A DNA stretch of 64,000 nucleotides, taken from the NCBI RefSeq assembly GCF_006345805.1, contig NC_043011.1, positions 29,648,464 through 29,712,463 on the forward strand, written 5' to 3'. Of the stretch, positions 40,190-51,674 are shown in pieces (within the stretch, counting starts at the first letter, position 1; every line of letters begins with the position of its first letter). The notes beneath the pieces are model-generated. The model made no database searches. It worked only from the letters and a program-made list of their open reading frames with translations, and was not told the origin of the DNA. This stretch comes from Octopus sinensis (Eukaryota). The position numbers were made by a program, and so were the translations under genes.

Positions 40190-40705
40190 GGGACAATTAA
40201 ATATTTTGCTGAATCTATTGGTAAGGGGGAGTGTCTATCAACTAATCTAAGGAAGATCTTATTCACTCTGCTCTTAAAATTTAAAGAGAATAGCAGCATG
40301 AACCACAGTATTTTCTGGTGGCACTTTCTCTTCAGGAGGCCAGAGACTGGCATGTAACTAATATTATCCTTGAAACTGCTGGTAGCCAGAGCCTGGCTGT
40401 AATATGGAATGGCAGCATCAAAAATCTCTTTGTTTGAATACAAGTTGAAGACGACCAGAGTGGGTAATATCTTCTTTAGTTTAGTTGATAGACACTTCCC
40501 CTGTCCCAGTAGATTCAGCAAAATATTTAATAGACACACCCTGAGATTATCCTTTAGCTGTGCACTAAGCGTAAAAAAGATTTTAGTAGGTAAGCCCACA
40601 CCTGAGGCAGAGGCAGGATGCTCTTTCAGGGGTAACACAACTTGTCCACTGAATGGACACTGCAATATGGAGACAGTTGTTTACAAGGCAGAAATTACCC
40701 ACTCT
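40190..40705. mobile_element. Penelope-like element fragment with internal inversion
   Basis: Minus arm: KEIFDAAIPYYSQAL..KILWF..FSLNFKSRVNKIFLRLVDRH. Plus arm: VGNIFFSLVDRHFP..FSKIFNRHTLRLSFSC...CPLNGHC..VVYKAEI (pre-GIY-YIG region). Confidence 0.8.
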
Positions 40706-40740
40706 GGTTGTCTTCAACTGAAAGAAGCTCATCATATATA

Positions 40741-41852
40741 TCTACTACATATGTGGAAAATCGGTGTATGTTGGTTTGTAGAGTTGTTAGCTAACTCCTC
40801 CTACATCGTTTTATTGATTTTGATGAAACTTGCCATGTGAGTAGAACTCATGTCTGGAAACCTCGTGACATACTTAGACTGTTGAAAAAAAATCAATAAT
40901 CCTGGAAGGGACCTTTATATCTACCTCATATAACTATATTTTTTAAACACCGAAGGGAAATAACCCATAGCACTGTACAATATTTTTTTTTAAATACTCA
41001 AGGGAAATGACCCATTTCATTGTTTGTGTTCAATTACTTTGAATATTGATTTTTTGTGTCCTATTTCTAATTTTTGCAGACAATATCACTTTTATACTTT
41101 ATTTGACATGTGAGTAGAACTCATGTCTGGAAACCTCGTGATATACTTAGATTGTTTGAAAAGAATCAATAATAGGGCCCTTCCAATGGATCCTTCTATC
41201 TACTACATATTATCAATATTTTATTTAAACAGCCGGCCTAATTCTACATTTCACTACTCACAGTTTTGAAATGCTAAACATTATTATTGCACTTCATTAA
41301 TTTTAATCTTAAACATTAAAGACTTCATTCATACATTTCTATACACACATACTTTTTTGAATGCCCATTACTCCAATAATTTTGCATTTTTACAGTTACA
41401 CTTTTTCCATGACAGTAGATAAAGTTTTTATTCCACAACATGTTTGTTGTGGCTTCATGCAGGCATAGCATGGATTCGATCCTCAATTGTCAAATTTCAC
41501 TTAACACTTCACCAGCACTTTTCTCATGATAAAACAATAGCTTTTATGTGAATGACAGCAGTTATACATTTCCCAGATGCTTTCGCTAAGCAGAATAATG
41601 TCTTTGTCTCTCACCAACCTCCGACAACCTCTCTTACCAACCTCCGACAATCTTTCTCGCCAACCTCCGAAAACCTCTCTTGCCAACCTCCAACAACCTC
41701 TCCATCCTCCAGCTGACAGTTTTTTGTACTTTATCGTGGCGGAAAATACAGCTTTTGTGGCTGTTATAACGTAATTGCTTTCTAATATCAGAGTAATAAG
41801 GTATTTCAATAGAACATCTTTACCCCCAGGAATTACCGGGTACACCAGCTAG
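40741..41852 (+). mobile_element. Non-autonomous Helitron inserted in (TA)n
   Basis: a|TCtactacat start; cccccaggaattaccggg..CTAG|t end; internal duplication 40835-40900 / 41108-41172; 23-bp x4 minisatellite at 41612-41703. Confidence 0.75.
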
Positions 41853-41883
<31 letters not shown>

Positions 41884-41984
41884 CTGTAAAATAATATGTG
41901 ACAATTATTCAATAGCCAAGATAAAACTCTGAGTTTCGAATGCCGAAGTGGAAATCCACAACACTATATATATGTATATATATT

Positions 41985-42342
41985 TTTATGTGTGCACAGT
42001 CTGTGACAGATCCTGCCTGTCTTTTGCTGGGCTCAAATCTCATCTGCAAACACATGGAAAACGAACCTCCACCAGCTATTCTGCCTATATGTATGTGCAC
42101 ACCTTTGAATGCAGTGTATGCCAGAAGGTTTGCAAATCCAACGGAGACCTCAAAAGACATTTTAAGATCCACAAAGAGCAGAACTTATCTGCAGCTCTTG
42201 GGGATCCAAATCGGAGGTGCAGTCTATGTGGGTATCTTTACAGAACATTGTCTGGTTTAAAAAGCCACATCAGATGCCATGATGGTACTAAGGTGTAGTT
42301 ACAGGAGGTGGTCAAACTCTGCATAAGAAGTAGACAACCACC
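41985..42342 (+). mobile_element. Three C2H2 zinc fingers plus short UTR, probable 5'-truncated LINE 3' end
   Basis: CTVCDRSCLSFAGLKSHLQTH, CSVCQKVCKSNGDLKRHFKIH and CSLCGYLYRTLSGLKSHIRCH, stop at 42296-42298, (TA)n on both sides. Confidence 0.6.
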
Positions 42343-42344
42343 AT

Positions 42345-42580
42345 ATATATATTTAGGTGTGTCTATCTTTGCATCTTTGTTTGTCCCTCACCATTCCTTG
42401 ACAACTGATGTCCTTGTAACTTAGCGGTTTGGCCAAAGAGACCAATAGAATAAGTACTAAGCTTAGAAAAGTGTAAGTCCTGGAGTTGATCTTTTCGACT
42501 AAAACCCTTCAAGGTGGTGCTCCAGCATGGCTGCAGTCAAATGACTGAAACAAGTTAAAGAATGAAGAATAAAAGAATAA
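42345..42580 (+). mobile_element. Family-1 SINE 3' half; matching 5' remnant at 40715-40740
   Basis: Tail motifs present. Confidence 0.8.
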
Positions 42581-43689
42581 TGAAAATACAAACGCAATGT
42601 TATTTCTTGTGCATAATTAACCATTTTGATACCAGCTTCCTGATACCGCTCATGATTCTATGATTCCAAACCATCCAGTTTAAAGAATTCAGATTTGATT
42701 TTACGAGTTGCATCATAATTTTTATATAAGAGGCTTTTGTTGTGTCTCAAATACTGATTTGATAATAACAAATTTTGTCATTTTACTAATTCCTATGAAA
42801 GTTTTCATTATTTTCAAAATTAATCAATTAATCATTGTCATTGCATTTCATTAAAAATTTGCTCCACCACCACCACCAACACCACCATCCAAGCTTTCTG
42901 TTTCATTCATTTCTTTATATTCCGATTAACTAATCCTGTTAATCTGAGCTTTGAAGCCAAAACTTGTTAAATAGATGGATATCTCTACAAAGTACTAAGC
43001 AGAAAATGAGCCAACAATGGAGCCTGTATGTGGTTGCTGAATATGCTGAAAATAGCAACCAAATTTGTGCAAATCATACCATCCTTAAAAAAGAGAAAGG
43101 CATATTGGATAACTATGGGATAAGGTATGTCTAAAAGATGAGACAATGGCTATCATTGAAATATCTTTGTTTTTATAAATTTATTAGTCCCAGAGAGTAT
43201 TACTAGAAACTGATTAAATAGAATTTTGGTGTTTTCTTCATTTACATGAAGTGAATTATTTTTGCTCAAGAATGCCAGGCACTGCCTGGTCCAGAAATTG
43301 AGATTATAATCTTATGACTATAAATGCAACACTAATCACTAAGCTATATACCTTTATTTTAGCTAGAGGAGGAGAAATAAAAAATGGGGACTTTCATTGA
43401 AAATTCATGTAGGCTTCACCCCGTAGCATTCATATAACTCTGTCAAATATAACGCTTATATATTCACATTGTTTTGAATTAATCATGCATTATCTCATAG
43501 CTTCAAAATTTTGATGACGTGATTGTTTATTTTTCAAATGACATTGTAGGGTAGGTATAAGAGGCCAGATATAGCCAGTTTGAACATAAAACAGGCTAAA
43601 GAATTAAGGCTGGATATGGTTGTTTTAAAAGCTAAAAGATTAATTTGGGTTGCAAACATAATCCACCCCTCAGTTTTTCTAGGGACGAT

Positions 43690-44095
43690 GACTGGCTCCC
43701 ATGCTGGTGGCATGTAAAAAGCACCATTCAACCATGATCGTTGCCAGTGTCGCCTGACTAGCTCCTGTGCCGCTGGCACATAAAAAACACCATTCGAGCA
43801 TGGTTATTGCCAGTGCTGCCGGACTGGCTCCTGTGCCGGTGGCATGTAAAAAGCACCATCTGAACGTGGCCGATGCCAGTATCTCCTCAATGGCCCTCAT
43901 GCTGGTGGCATGTAAAAGCACCCACTACACTCTCAGTTGGCATTAGGAAGGGCATCCAGCTGTAGAAACTTTGTCAGATCAGATTGGGGCCTGGTGCAGC
44001 CTTCTGGCTTGCCAGCCATCAGTCAAACCGTCGAACCCATGCCAGCATGGAAAGTGGACATTAAACGACGACGACGATGACGATGATGATGATGA
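43690..44095 (+). mobile_element. RTE-type 3' UTR with 3.5 tandem 66-nt units and (GAC/GAT)n tail
   Basis: Units start at 43690, 43756, 43822 and 43888; followed by the aggaagggcatccagctgtagaaac block. Confidence 0.8.
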
Positions 44096-44199
44096 CCAAA
44101 CTTTTGGGTAACTTTTCATAGTTTTAATATAATTTTTAACATATCAACCGGTTTCACTTTCGCTATTCATGATAAATATATAAATGTATATATCACCGT

Positions 44200-44500
44200 G
44201 ATCACCGTGACCGACCAGGCTATCAGATGTTGCTACACATCACTGGTCACAATGAATTCTGCATTGTTTTAGCATTCAAGTGATGCCATCCTGCTGGCTA
44301 AGCGAGCAGGCCAACAAAAGAAAGAGTAAGAGAAAGTTGTGGGAAAAGAGTACAGCAGGGATTGCCACCACCCCTGCTAGAGCCTCGTGGAACTTTAGGT
44401 GTTTTCACTCAATAAACACTCACAACACTCGGTCTGGGAATCAAAACCGCGATCCTACAACCGCGAGTCCGCTGCCTGAACCACTGGGCCATTGCACCTC

Positions 44501-44543
<43 letters not shown>

Positions 44544-44670
44544 CAGGCTTTCTGTTACTTTGATCAGCCCGAGGCTATAATAGAAAACTCTTGCCCAAGA
44601 TTCGACACAATGGGACTGCATCTGTAAAACCATGTGGTTGGGAAGCAAGCTTCTTACCACAAAGCCATGC
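44200..44670 (-). mobile_element. Family-3 SINE (44200-44500) and family-1 head (44540-44670)
   Basis: ccactgggccattgcacctc head; cccaaga..ggaagcaagcttcttaccac. Confidence 0.75.
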
Positions 44671-44847
44671 TTGTGCACACATACACACACACACACACAC
44701 ATATGTTGTGCACATACGCACACACACACACGTGCACATACACACACACACATAGACATACACACATATAACTAAACACATGATGTTTATGGCAAAACCT
44801 CATTAACATAATGATCAGATAGGTATCTTTAAAATAAATTTTTTTAC

Positions 44848-44919
44848 CATTTCTAATATGGTTTCTGACAGCAATAGAAATATTTGCCATCCTATTAATA
44901 CAAATTCTTGGTATCTCAG
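44848..44919 (-). CDS. Gene A exon (72 nt)
   Basis: gtctttctttttttcaag|CT GAG..EIPRICINRMANISIAVRNHIRN G|GTAAAA; phase 1 to 1. Confidence 0.7.
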
Positions 44920-45219
44920 CTTGAAAAAAAGAAAGACAATATCAAACATTTTCTGATATGCATTCATGCTCTTTTTTATTTTGTTGTTTTTTTATCATTT
45001 CTCTTCCATATCAGAGAATACAATAATGTTTTAGCCCTATCAGTCCACCCTGTGTTACAGGAGAGAGAGAGAGAGCGGGGAGAGGTAGGGGAGGGAGAGA
45101 GAAAGAAAGAGAGAGTGAGAGAAAGAGCTAGAGAGACAGGGAGGGCAAGATAAGAAAAACTATTTAAAATACTCTTTATCTCTTGTAGAATAGAGGAGGA
45201 GGAAGAGGAGGAAGCAGTA

Positions 45220-45268
45220 ACATTCATTTACGACCATCACATGACGTCAAGGCAATGAAACAGTAACA

Positions 45269-45304
<36 letters not shown>

Positions 45305-45819
45305 TAATGAGCTTCTCTCAGTTTCTGTCCACCAAATCAACTCACAAGGTTTTGGTCAGCTTGAAGCTATAGTAGAAGATACTTGACCAACATGCCTCAC
45401 AGTGGAACTGAACCTGAAACTACGTGATTGGGAAGCAAACTTCTTACCATGCACTCATGCCTGGATCTGAAGTTTGGAGAAGAGGTGGTTAGTTGATACC
45501 AAACCCAAAACCCTAAATTGTTTCCAGTGTCATCTGCATAAGGCCTGGAATTTTAGGGAGACATTAGTCAATTATGTTGATATCAGTATATGAATAAAAA
45601 TAGTTTACTCTTTACTCTTTTACTTGTTTCAGTCATTTGACTGCAGCCAATCGACCTCAGGATTTATTCTTTGTAAGCCTAGTACTATTCTATTGGTCTC
45701 TTTTGCCAAACCGCTAAGTTATGGGGACGTAAATACACCAGCATCGGTTATCAAGCAATGTTGGGGGGACAAACACAGACACACAAACACACACACACAC
45801 ATACACACACACACACACA

Positions 45820-45858
<39 letters not shown>

Positions 45859-45862
45859 ACAC

Positions 45863-45916
<54 letters not shown>

Positions 45917-46100
45917 TAATATACACACACATATATACGACAGGCTTCTTTCAGTTTCCGTCTACCAAATCCACTCACAAGGCTTTGGTTGGCCTGAGGC
46001 TATAGTAGAAGACACTTGCCCAAGGTGCCATGCAGTGGGACTGAACCCGGAACCATGTAGTTGGTAAGCAAGCTACTTATCAGACAGCCACTCCTGCGCC
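45220..46100 (-). mobile_element. Family-1 head with RTE-type tail remnant (45220-45460) and a full family-1 SINE (45605-46100)
   Basis: Diagnostic motifs present. Confidence 0.8.
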
Positions 46101-46249
46101 TACGTTTATATTATATTATTTTATAGAGTGATGAGAAACAAACTTGACCTCAGCGGGAATTGAACCCAGAATGTAAAGAGCCAGAATAAAGAGAAGATAG
46201 TTTGTCTGATAATCTACTGATTCTGAATAATAAAGAAATAGCACTGCCT

Positions 46250-46400
46250 TAGTCTTTGCAAGACAAATTCTCATCCTTGCTTTGCAGCATTTGGCAGTGA
46301 AGTCCAGTACATGCCAGAGATAACCTTCTAATGAACCAAGTAGTGCCATGTTTTCTGCAAAAGTCAAGCAACTGCTCCTATAATCCCTGGTTGTGATATC
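46250..46400 (-). mobile_element. RTE reverse-transcriptase fragment
   Basis: CLTFAENMALLGSLEGYLWHVLDFTAKCCKARMRICLAKTK resembles LLFADDL..LQ..LD.F..ECE..GMRIS..KT. Confidence 0.7.
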
Positions 46401-46972
46401 GTTTCTGCAATGGCTGCACATGTCATTCCGGTTCATAAAAACTGAAAGCAAGTGGCAAAAATGTGAAAGGATACTCGTGTAAGTGATGTATTATTGTTGC
46501 AATGCTATTGCTTTTCGCTTTACGTAAGTAATTTATTGAAAATGTTTGCTATAATTACTGATTAGCTATTTACATGTAAACACACTAACAGAGAAATGTG
46601 CAATCAGCAACATATACAAATCTGGCCTCAAGCAAAAGGAATTGCTAAATAATGGAAACTATATCATTTGACAAAGAAGTCAAAAAGGGGAATGCATAGT
46701 AAGAATTTAATGCATAAAAAGTATGTAAATGAAGCTTGTGAACTTCAGAACGACTAGAAAAAATAAACTTGTAATTAATGAAATTGTTGGTAAAAGATTG
46801 GACTTTCCTCAAGTCCCATCGATAAGCAAAAAAAGAAAAAAAAAAATATATATATAAATGAACATGATGGGAATACATTTCCATACAACATACATATTCT
46901 GTAGTCATGCTTTATCCTCAAAATTAAGATACTGCAGCATACTTGTATATTATCTGGAAAAATATAGCCATA

Positions 46973-47412
46973 CGGCAGGGGGTGCTGATAGTTCCTGGCT
47001 TTGGGTAAAAGAAAATACTGGAGGATCAGTTAATTATGATTTTATTCAACATATTCCCCTCTGATTCATACATTCATTGTAATGGTCCTTCAGTTTTTCT
47101 AAGTCCTGTAAAAGAACTCGGAAGGTTGAGACTCCAACAAGACCTTTCACATTAACTTTAAAGCCAGAACCATTATAGCATCCCCTCGTATATATTTGAT
47201 GGGGCACTGAAAAGTCCCTGGTCTTGGATAAAAGGAAATACAGGAGGATCAGTTAATTATGATTTTATTCAACATATTCCCCTCTCAGATTCATACACAT
47301 ATTGCAATGATCCTTCAGTTTTTCTAAGCCCTGTAAAAGAACTTAGACGGGTGGGCCTCCAGCCAGGCCTTTCACATTACCGTTTAAGCCAGGAACATTT
47401 TAGCACCCCTTT
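46973..47412. mobile_element. Two tandem mariner-type MITEs (46973-47188, 47195-47412)
   Basis: ta|cggcagggggtgctgatagttcctggcttt ... aagccag..tagcatcccctcg|ta, with the same interior twice. Confidence 0.85.
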
Positions 47413-47582
47413 ATAATGTAAATGTAACTTTGGATTCCAACAGAAGCCAGAAAGCATATAAGATACAGAACATTTGTAAAGAAAGAATGCATAATGGAAA
47501 TCAAACCCTAGTATACATGTAGAATACTGACCCACAAATGCTTAACTAGAACTACATTGAAGAAAAAAATTAATGGATGTAA

Positions 47583-47744
47583 ACAGGCATGGCTGTGTGG
47601 TAAGAAGTTTGCTTCCCAACCACATGGTCCTGGGTTCAGCCCCACTGCATGGCACCTTGGGCAAGTGTCTTCTACTATAGCCTCAGGTTGACCAAAGCCT
47701 TGTGAGTGGATTTGGTAGACAGAAACCAAAAGAAGCCCATTGTG

Positions 47745-47784
<40 letters not shown>

Positions 47785-48020
47785 TATATATCTATGTGTG
47801 TGTGTGTCTTTGTGTCAGTGTTGTCTCCCACCACTTCTTGACAACCGGTGTTTGTGTGTTTATGTTCCTGTAACTTAACAGTTTGACAAAAGAAACTGAT
47901 AGAATAAGTACTACACTTTGAAAATCAAAATCCTGGGGTTAATTTGTTCAACTAAAACCCTTCAAGGTGGTGCCCCAGTGTAGCTGCAGTCAAATAACTG
48001 AAACAAGTAAAAGAATGAAA
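47583..48020 (+). mobile_element. Family-1 SINE
   Basis: Complete copy. Confidence 0.85.
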
Positions 48021-48064
48021 AAAAAAATAAGAAAAGCTTAGGAATAGAATATTCCGGAAATCTT

Positions 48065-48385
48065 GGGTGGCAGTGGCAGTGGTGGTGGTAGTGGTGTCGG
48101 TGGCAGCGTTGGTGGCATTGGTAGCAGCAGTGAGGGTGGTGGTGGTAGTGGTGGTGATGGTGGTGGTGATGGTATCAGTGGTGGTGGTGGTGGTGGTGGT
48201 GGTGGTGGTGGTGGTGGTGGTGGTGGTTGTGGTGGTGGTGGTGGCAGAGGCAGCAGCAGTGATGGTGGTGGAGGTGGTGGTGGTGGTGGTGGTAGTGGTG
48301 GTGGTGGTGGTGGTGGCGGTGGTGGCGGTGGTGGCGGTGGTGGCAATGTTGGCAGCAGTGATGGTGGTGGAGGTGGTGGTGGACA
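48065..48385. repeat. (GGT)n microsatellite
   Basis: Source of the poly-G/P/T/V ORFs. Confidence 0.9.
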
Positions 48386-49132
48386 TTTTCAATATGACAT
48401 TAGTCAAGAATCTGAAATAGCTAATGATTTAAAATGCTTAGCTTTTTTTTTTTTTTTTATTTATGTATCAGTGAAAAGATACTTCCAAAGATAAAATTTA
48501 ATCATAAAATAGCAATAACAATAGAAAGCAAAACAAAAAAAAACAACAAAAAAACCCTTGAAAAATTGGCCAAGGTAGATTTAGTGAAAACAGATACAAA
48601 TATGAATATCACCAGGATAAACAAAATAAGATGTTGCAGCAGGATACTTTCTCAAATTTACTGAGATAGAAACATCTATATTGAATTAAACAACTCAGGG
48701 AATACAAACACAGAGGGAAAGACGGAAAATAAAATAAAAGATCTTGCAATTTTTACAGAAATCAACAATGAGAATATGCAAATTAGAGAGACACACAAAG
48801 AGAGGAGAGAGAGGGGAGGGTGAATGAGAGAGACAGGGGGAAAGAGAAAGAAAGAAAGGAAGAGAATGAGAGAGAGAAAGAAAGAAAGAAAGAACGAGAG
48901 GGAGAAATAATGCAGAAATGCAGTTTGAATAGAAGGAAAAAAAACAAAAGAGAATTTTTAAAATATCTAAAGTAAGGGATCCTGGTTAAATTGCAAATAA
49001 TCCATCTTTATGAAAAACAACAATGATTCTATGAAAAAAAAAAAACGTTGTCTGAAGATGCCTACACAAAAGGATTCAAGTAAAATTGTAGTAAAAACGA
49101 AATGGAAATGGAATCAATATCAATTGAAAGGT

Positions 49133-49294
49133 GCCAGGAGTGGCTGTGAGGTAAGTAGCTTGCTTACCAACCACATGGTTCCGGGTTCAGTCCCACTGCG
49201 TGGCACCTTGGGCAAGTGTCTTCTACTATAGCCTCGGGCCAACCAAAGCCTTGTGAGTGGATTTGGTAGACGGAAACTGAAAGAAGCCTGTCGT

Positions 49295-49391
<97 letters not shown>

Positions 49392-49587
49392 TTGTCCTCC
49401 TAACATCGCTTGATAACAGATGCTGGAGTGTTTACATCCCTGTAACTTAGTGGTTCAGCAAAAGAGACCGATAGAATAAGTACTAGGCTTACAAAGAATA
49501 AGCTCTGGGGTCGATGTGCTCGACTAAAGGCGGTGCTCCAGCATGGCCGCAGTCAAATGACTGAAACAAGTAAAAGAGTAAAGAGTA
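49133..49587 (+). mobile_element. Family-1 SINE, well conserved copy
   Basis: ggagtggctgtgaggtaag...ccgggttcagtccc...(agtaaaag)2. Confidence 0.9.
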
Positions 49588-49639
49588 ATAATAAGAAACA
49601 AAATTTTGTGGGGGAGGAATTACCAAAGATGGAGAATGT

Positions 49640-50060
49640 GGAAAACAACATCATCATTGTCATTTCAGCATCTACTTTTCTATGCTTGCATGAGTCAGAC
49701 TGAACTTGTTGAGGTGAATTTTCTATGACTGGATGTCCCTCCCTCCTCTCATCAACCTTCAATTGTTTCCACTTAAGATGATATTTCCTCAAGGCCAGGC
49801 ATGTTTTTATGGAAGATTGGAAATGAAGGACACCACTTGTATGACGGTGACAGTTGTTTACAACTATCATGTGATGTCAAGGCAAGGAAATAGCAACACA
49901 CACACATGCATACACTCTCACACAGCCACTCGTGCACACGCACGCATACACGCACACACACACAAACACACACACACACACAAAGAAAAACATAGACACC
50001 CATACACATAGAAACATATATATATATATGACTGGCTTCTCTTAGTTTCCATCTATCAGT
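49640..50060 (-). mobile_element. Family-1 head remnant, microsatellite and RTE-related tail
   Basis: Tail shared with 490-770 joined via (CA)n to gactggcttctc..agtttccatcta. Confidence 0.7.
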
Positions 50061-50471
50061 TTTCAGTTATCTGACAGAATTTGAACTTAGCAGTTTGGCA
50101 AAAATAATTGATAGAATAAGTATCAGAGTTAAAAAATAAGTACCAGGGGTGGTTTGTTCAACTAAACCCTTGAAGTTGTTGCCCCCCACATGTTCAAAAC
50201 AAGAACAAAAGATAAAAATGTTAGTTTTGATAAGTATGCAGTATCATCAACCACTTAAGAAATTGGGTTTGCAATCATGAGGTACCAGCTTCAATACCAC
50301 TACACACCATCTTAGTAAAATAGCATTTGATCTGCCCTCAAATTACCCCAAATCTTATGAGTGATGTTGGGTTGACAGAAATTCTGTAGAAGACTGCCAG
50401 ACAGATGGTATTTATGATTCCATGTACCAGTTTTGTCACATATGATGAATGTCACATATTGTAGCCTCTAC

Positions 50472-50553
50472 CTGAAGAGAACATTAATGTTACAAGTGTC
50501 AGTAGAACATTTGACCACTTTTGTATTAATTCAATGTGTAAATAATTTAGTTT
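50472..50553 (-). CDS. Gene A exon; alternative acceptor at 50574 adds MIVLYSQ
   Basis: ctgtattcccag|KLNYLHIELIQKWSNVLLTLVTLMFSS G|GTAGAG; phase 0 to 1. Confidence 0.6.
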
Positions 50554-50939
50554 CTGGGAATACAGGACAATCATCTTTAAAAACAAACACAGAACTAACA
50601 GAATTGTCTTTCTTGTGGTACTAACAGAGTTGTTTTGTTGATTGCCCAAAAGCTAGAAATGCATTCACCACTTCCAATAGAGGGCACCTTGAAATGACCA
50701 TTAATGTTTTTCTTTGCCTATTGTCTATTTTTAAGAGAAGTTGTTACTAGCTACTTTTGAAGTCTTCTTTAAGCAGTCAGATGTCAGTTTATCTGGAAGG
50801 AAATAATACAAGAAGAGTTGAAATTAATGTATGCATGATTTTGCACTTCTAGCATCACTCTTTCATAGTCAGTCTATGAACTTAACTGTCCACCCTCGCA
50901 TATGATACACCCCACACCCTTTTTTTTTTTTTTACTCAC

Positions 50940-51005
50940 CAAAGTAACTTGGGACTTATGAAAGGAAAGTTTTAGATAAGTCAAAATGTATGAAACAGAG
51001 GTTAA
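50940..51005 (-). CDS. Gene A exon (66 nt)
   Basis: ttttcagacttttag|LTSVSYILTYLKLSFHKSQVTL|GTGAGT; only phase 0 open. Confidence 0.65.
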
Positions 51006-51674
51006 CTAAAAGTCTGAAAACAGGCATGGATGTTTCGGACAAAAATGTCTTTGGACAAGCAAATGGTTGTAAAGATCGGTTATTGAAACCCCAAAGCTGT
51101 AACTAAAGATACAAAAGAGAAAAAGGATCTCAGTATGATACAGAATGATTTGATCGTGTTCTCTACTTGCTAATACTTCCAGCAGAAATGGGTGAGGTAG
51201 CACCAATAAGAAGCAGGTACATATATTATGAGTAAATGATAACAATTCTATTGATAGAATTACAATTAGTAGAGAAATTTTCCATTCCTTTTCTGCTTGG
51301 TATTAATTACTTCAATGAACATGCTACATCAGACTGAAGTCAGAAACAAATGCTATGGAAAGACAATGACATTTCTTTTGTATATGAATAAGCAAGTTGT
51401 ATGCTGCATGTGACAAGAATTGGAGATATTGTCAGATACAGAACATGGATTCAGCAGAAGAACTGAACATAATGTTAAGTTTTTTTTGTGTAAAGGTAAA
51501 AAAAAAAAAAAAAAAGTGTCAAGGCAACTTTGAAAAGAAGAAAAAACCTATAAAGCCACTAATATCATATTACAATAGCAAATTATCAGGTGTTGGAAAG
51601 AAGGTTATGCAGTATTTATCTCAACTCACTGACAAAAGAAAAGGTCAAGTTATTTTCTTGTGTTATGCTGATTC

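Noticed and set aside
43690-43925. CRISPR-like repeat array
   Set aside because: The units are whole 66-nt diverged duplicates without unique spacers, there are no cas genes, and the context is a eukaryotic retroelement.
49133-49210. tRNA genes at the SINE heads
   Set aside because: Only A/B-box-like motifs are present; there is no cloverleaf, and the heads continue into SINE bodies.
50745-50790. Very strong minus-strand acceptor (cttccag|ATAAACTG) between two gene-A exons
   Set aside because: Phase 0 entry from the 50940 exon gives an immediate stop; at most a poison exon.
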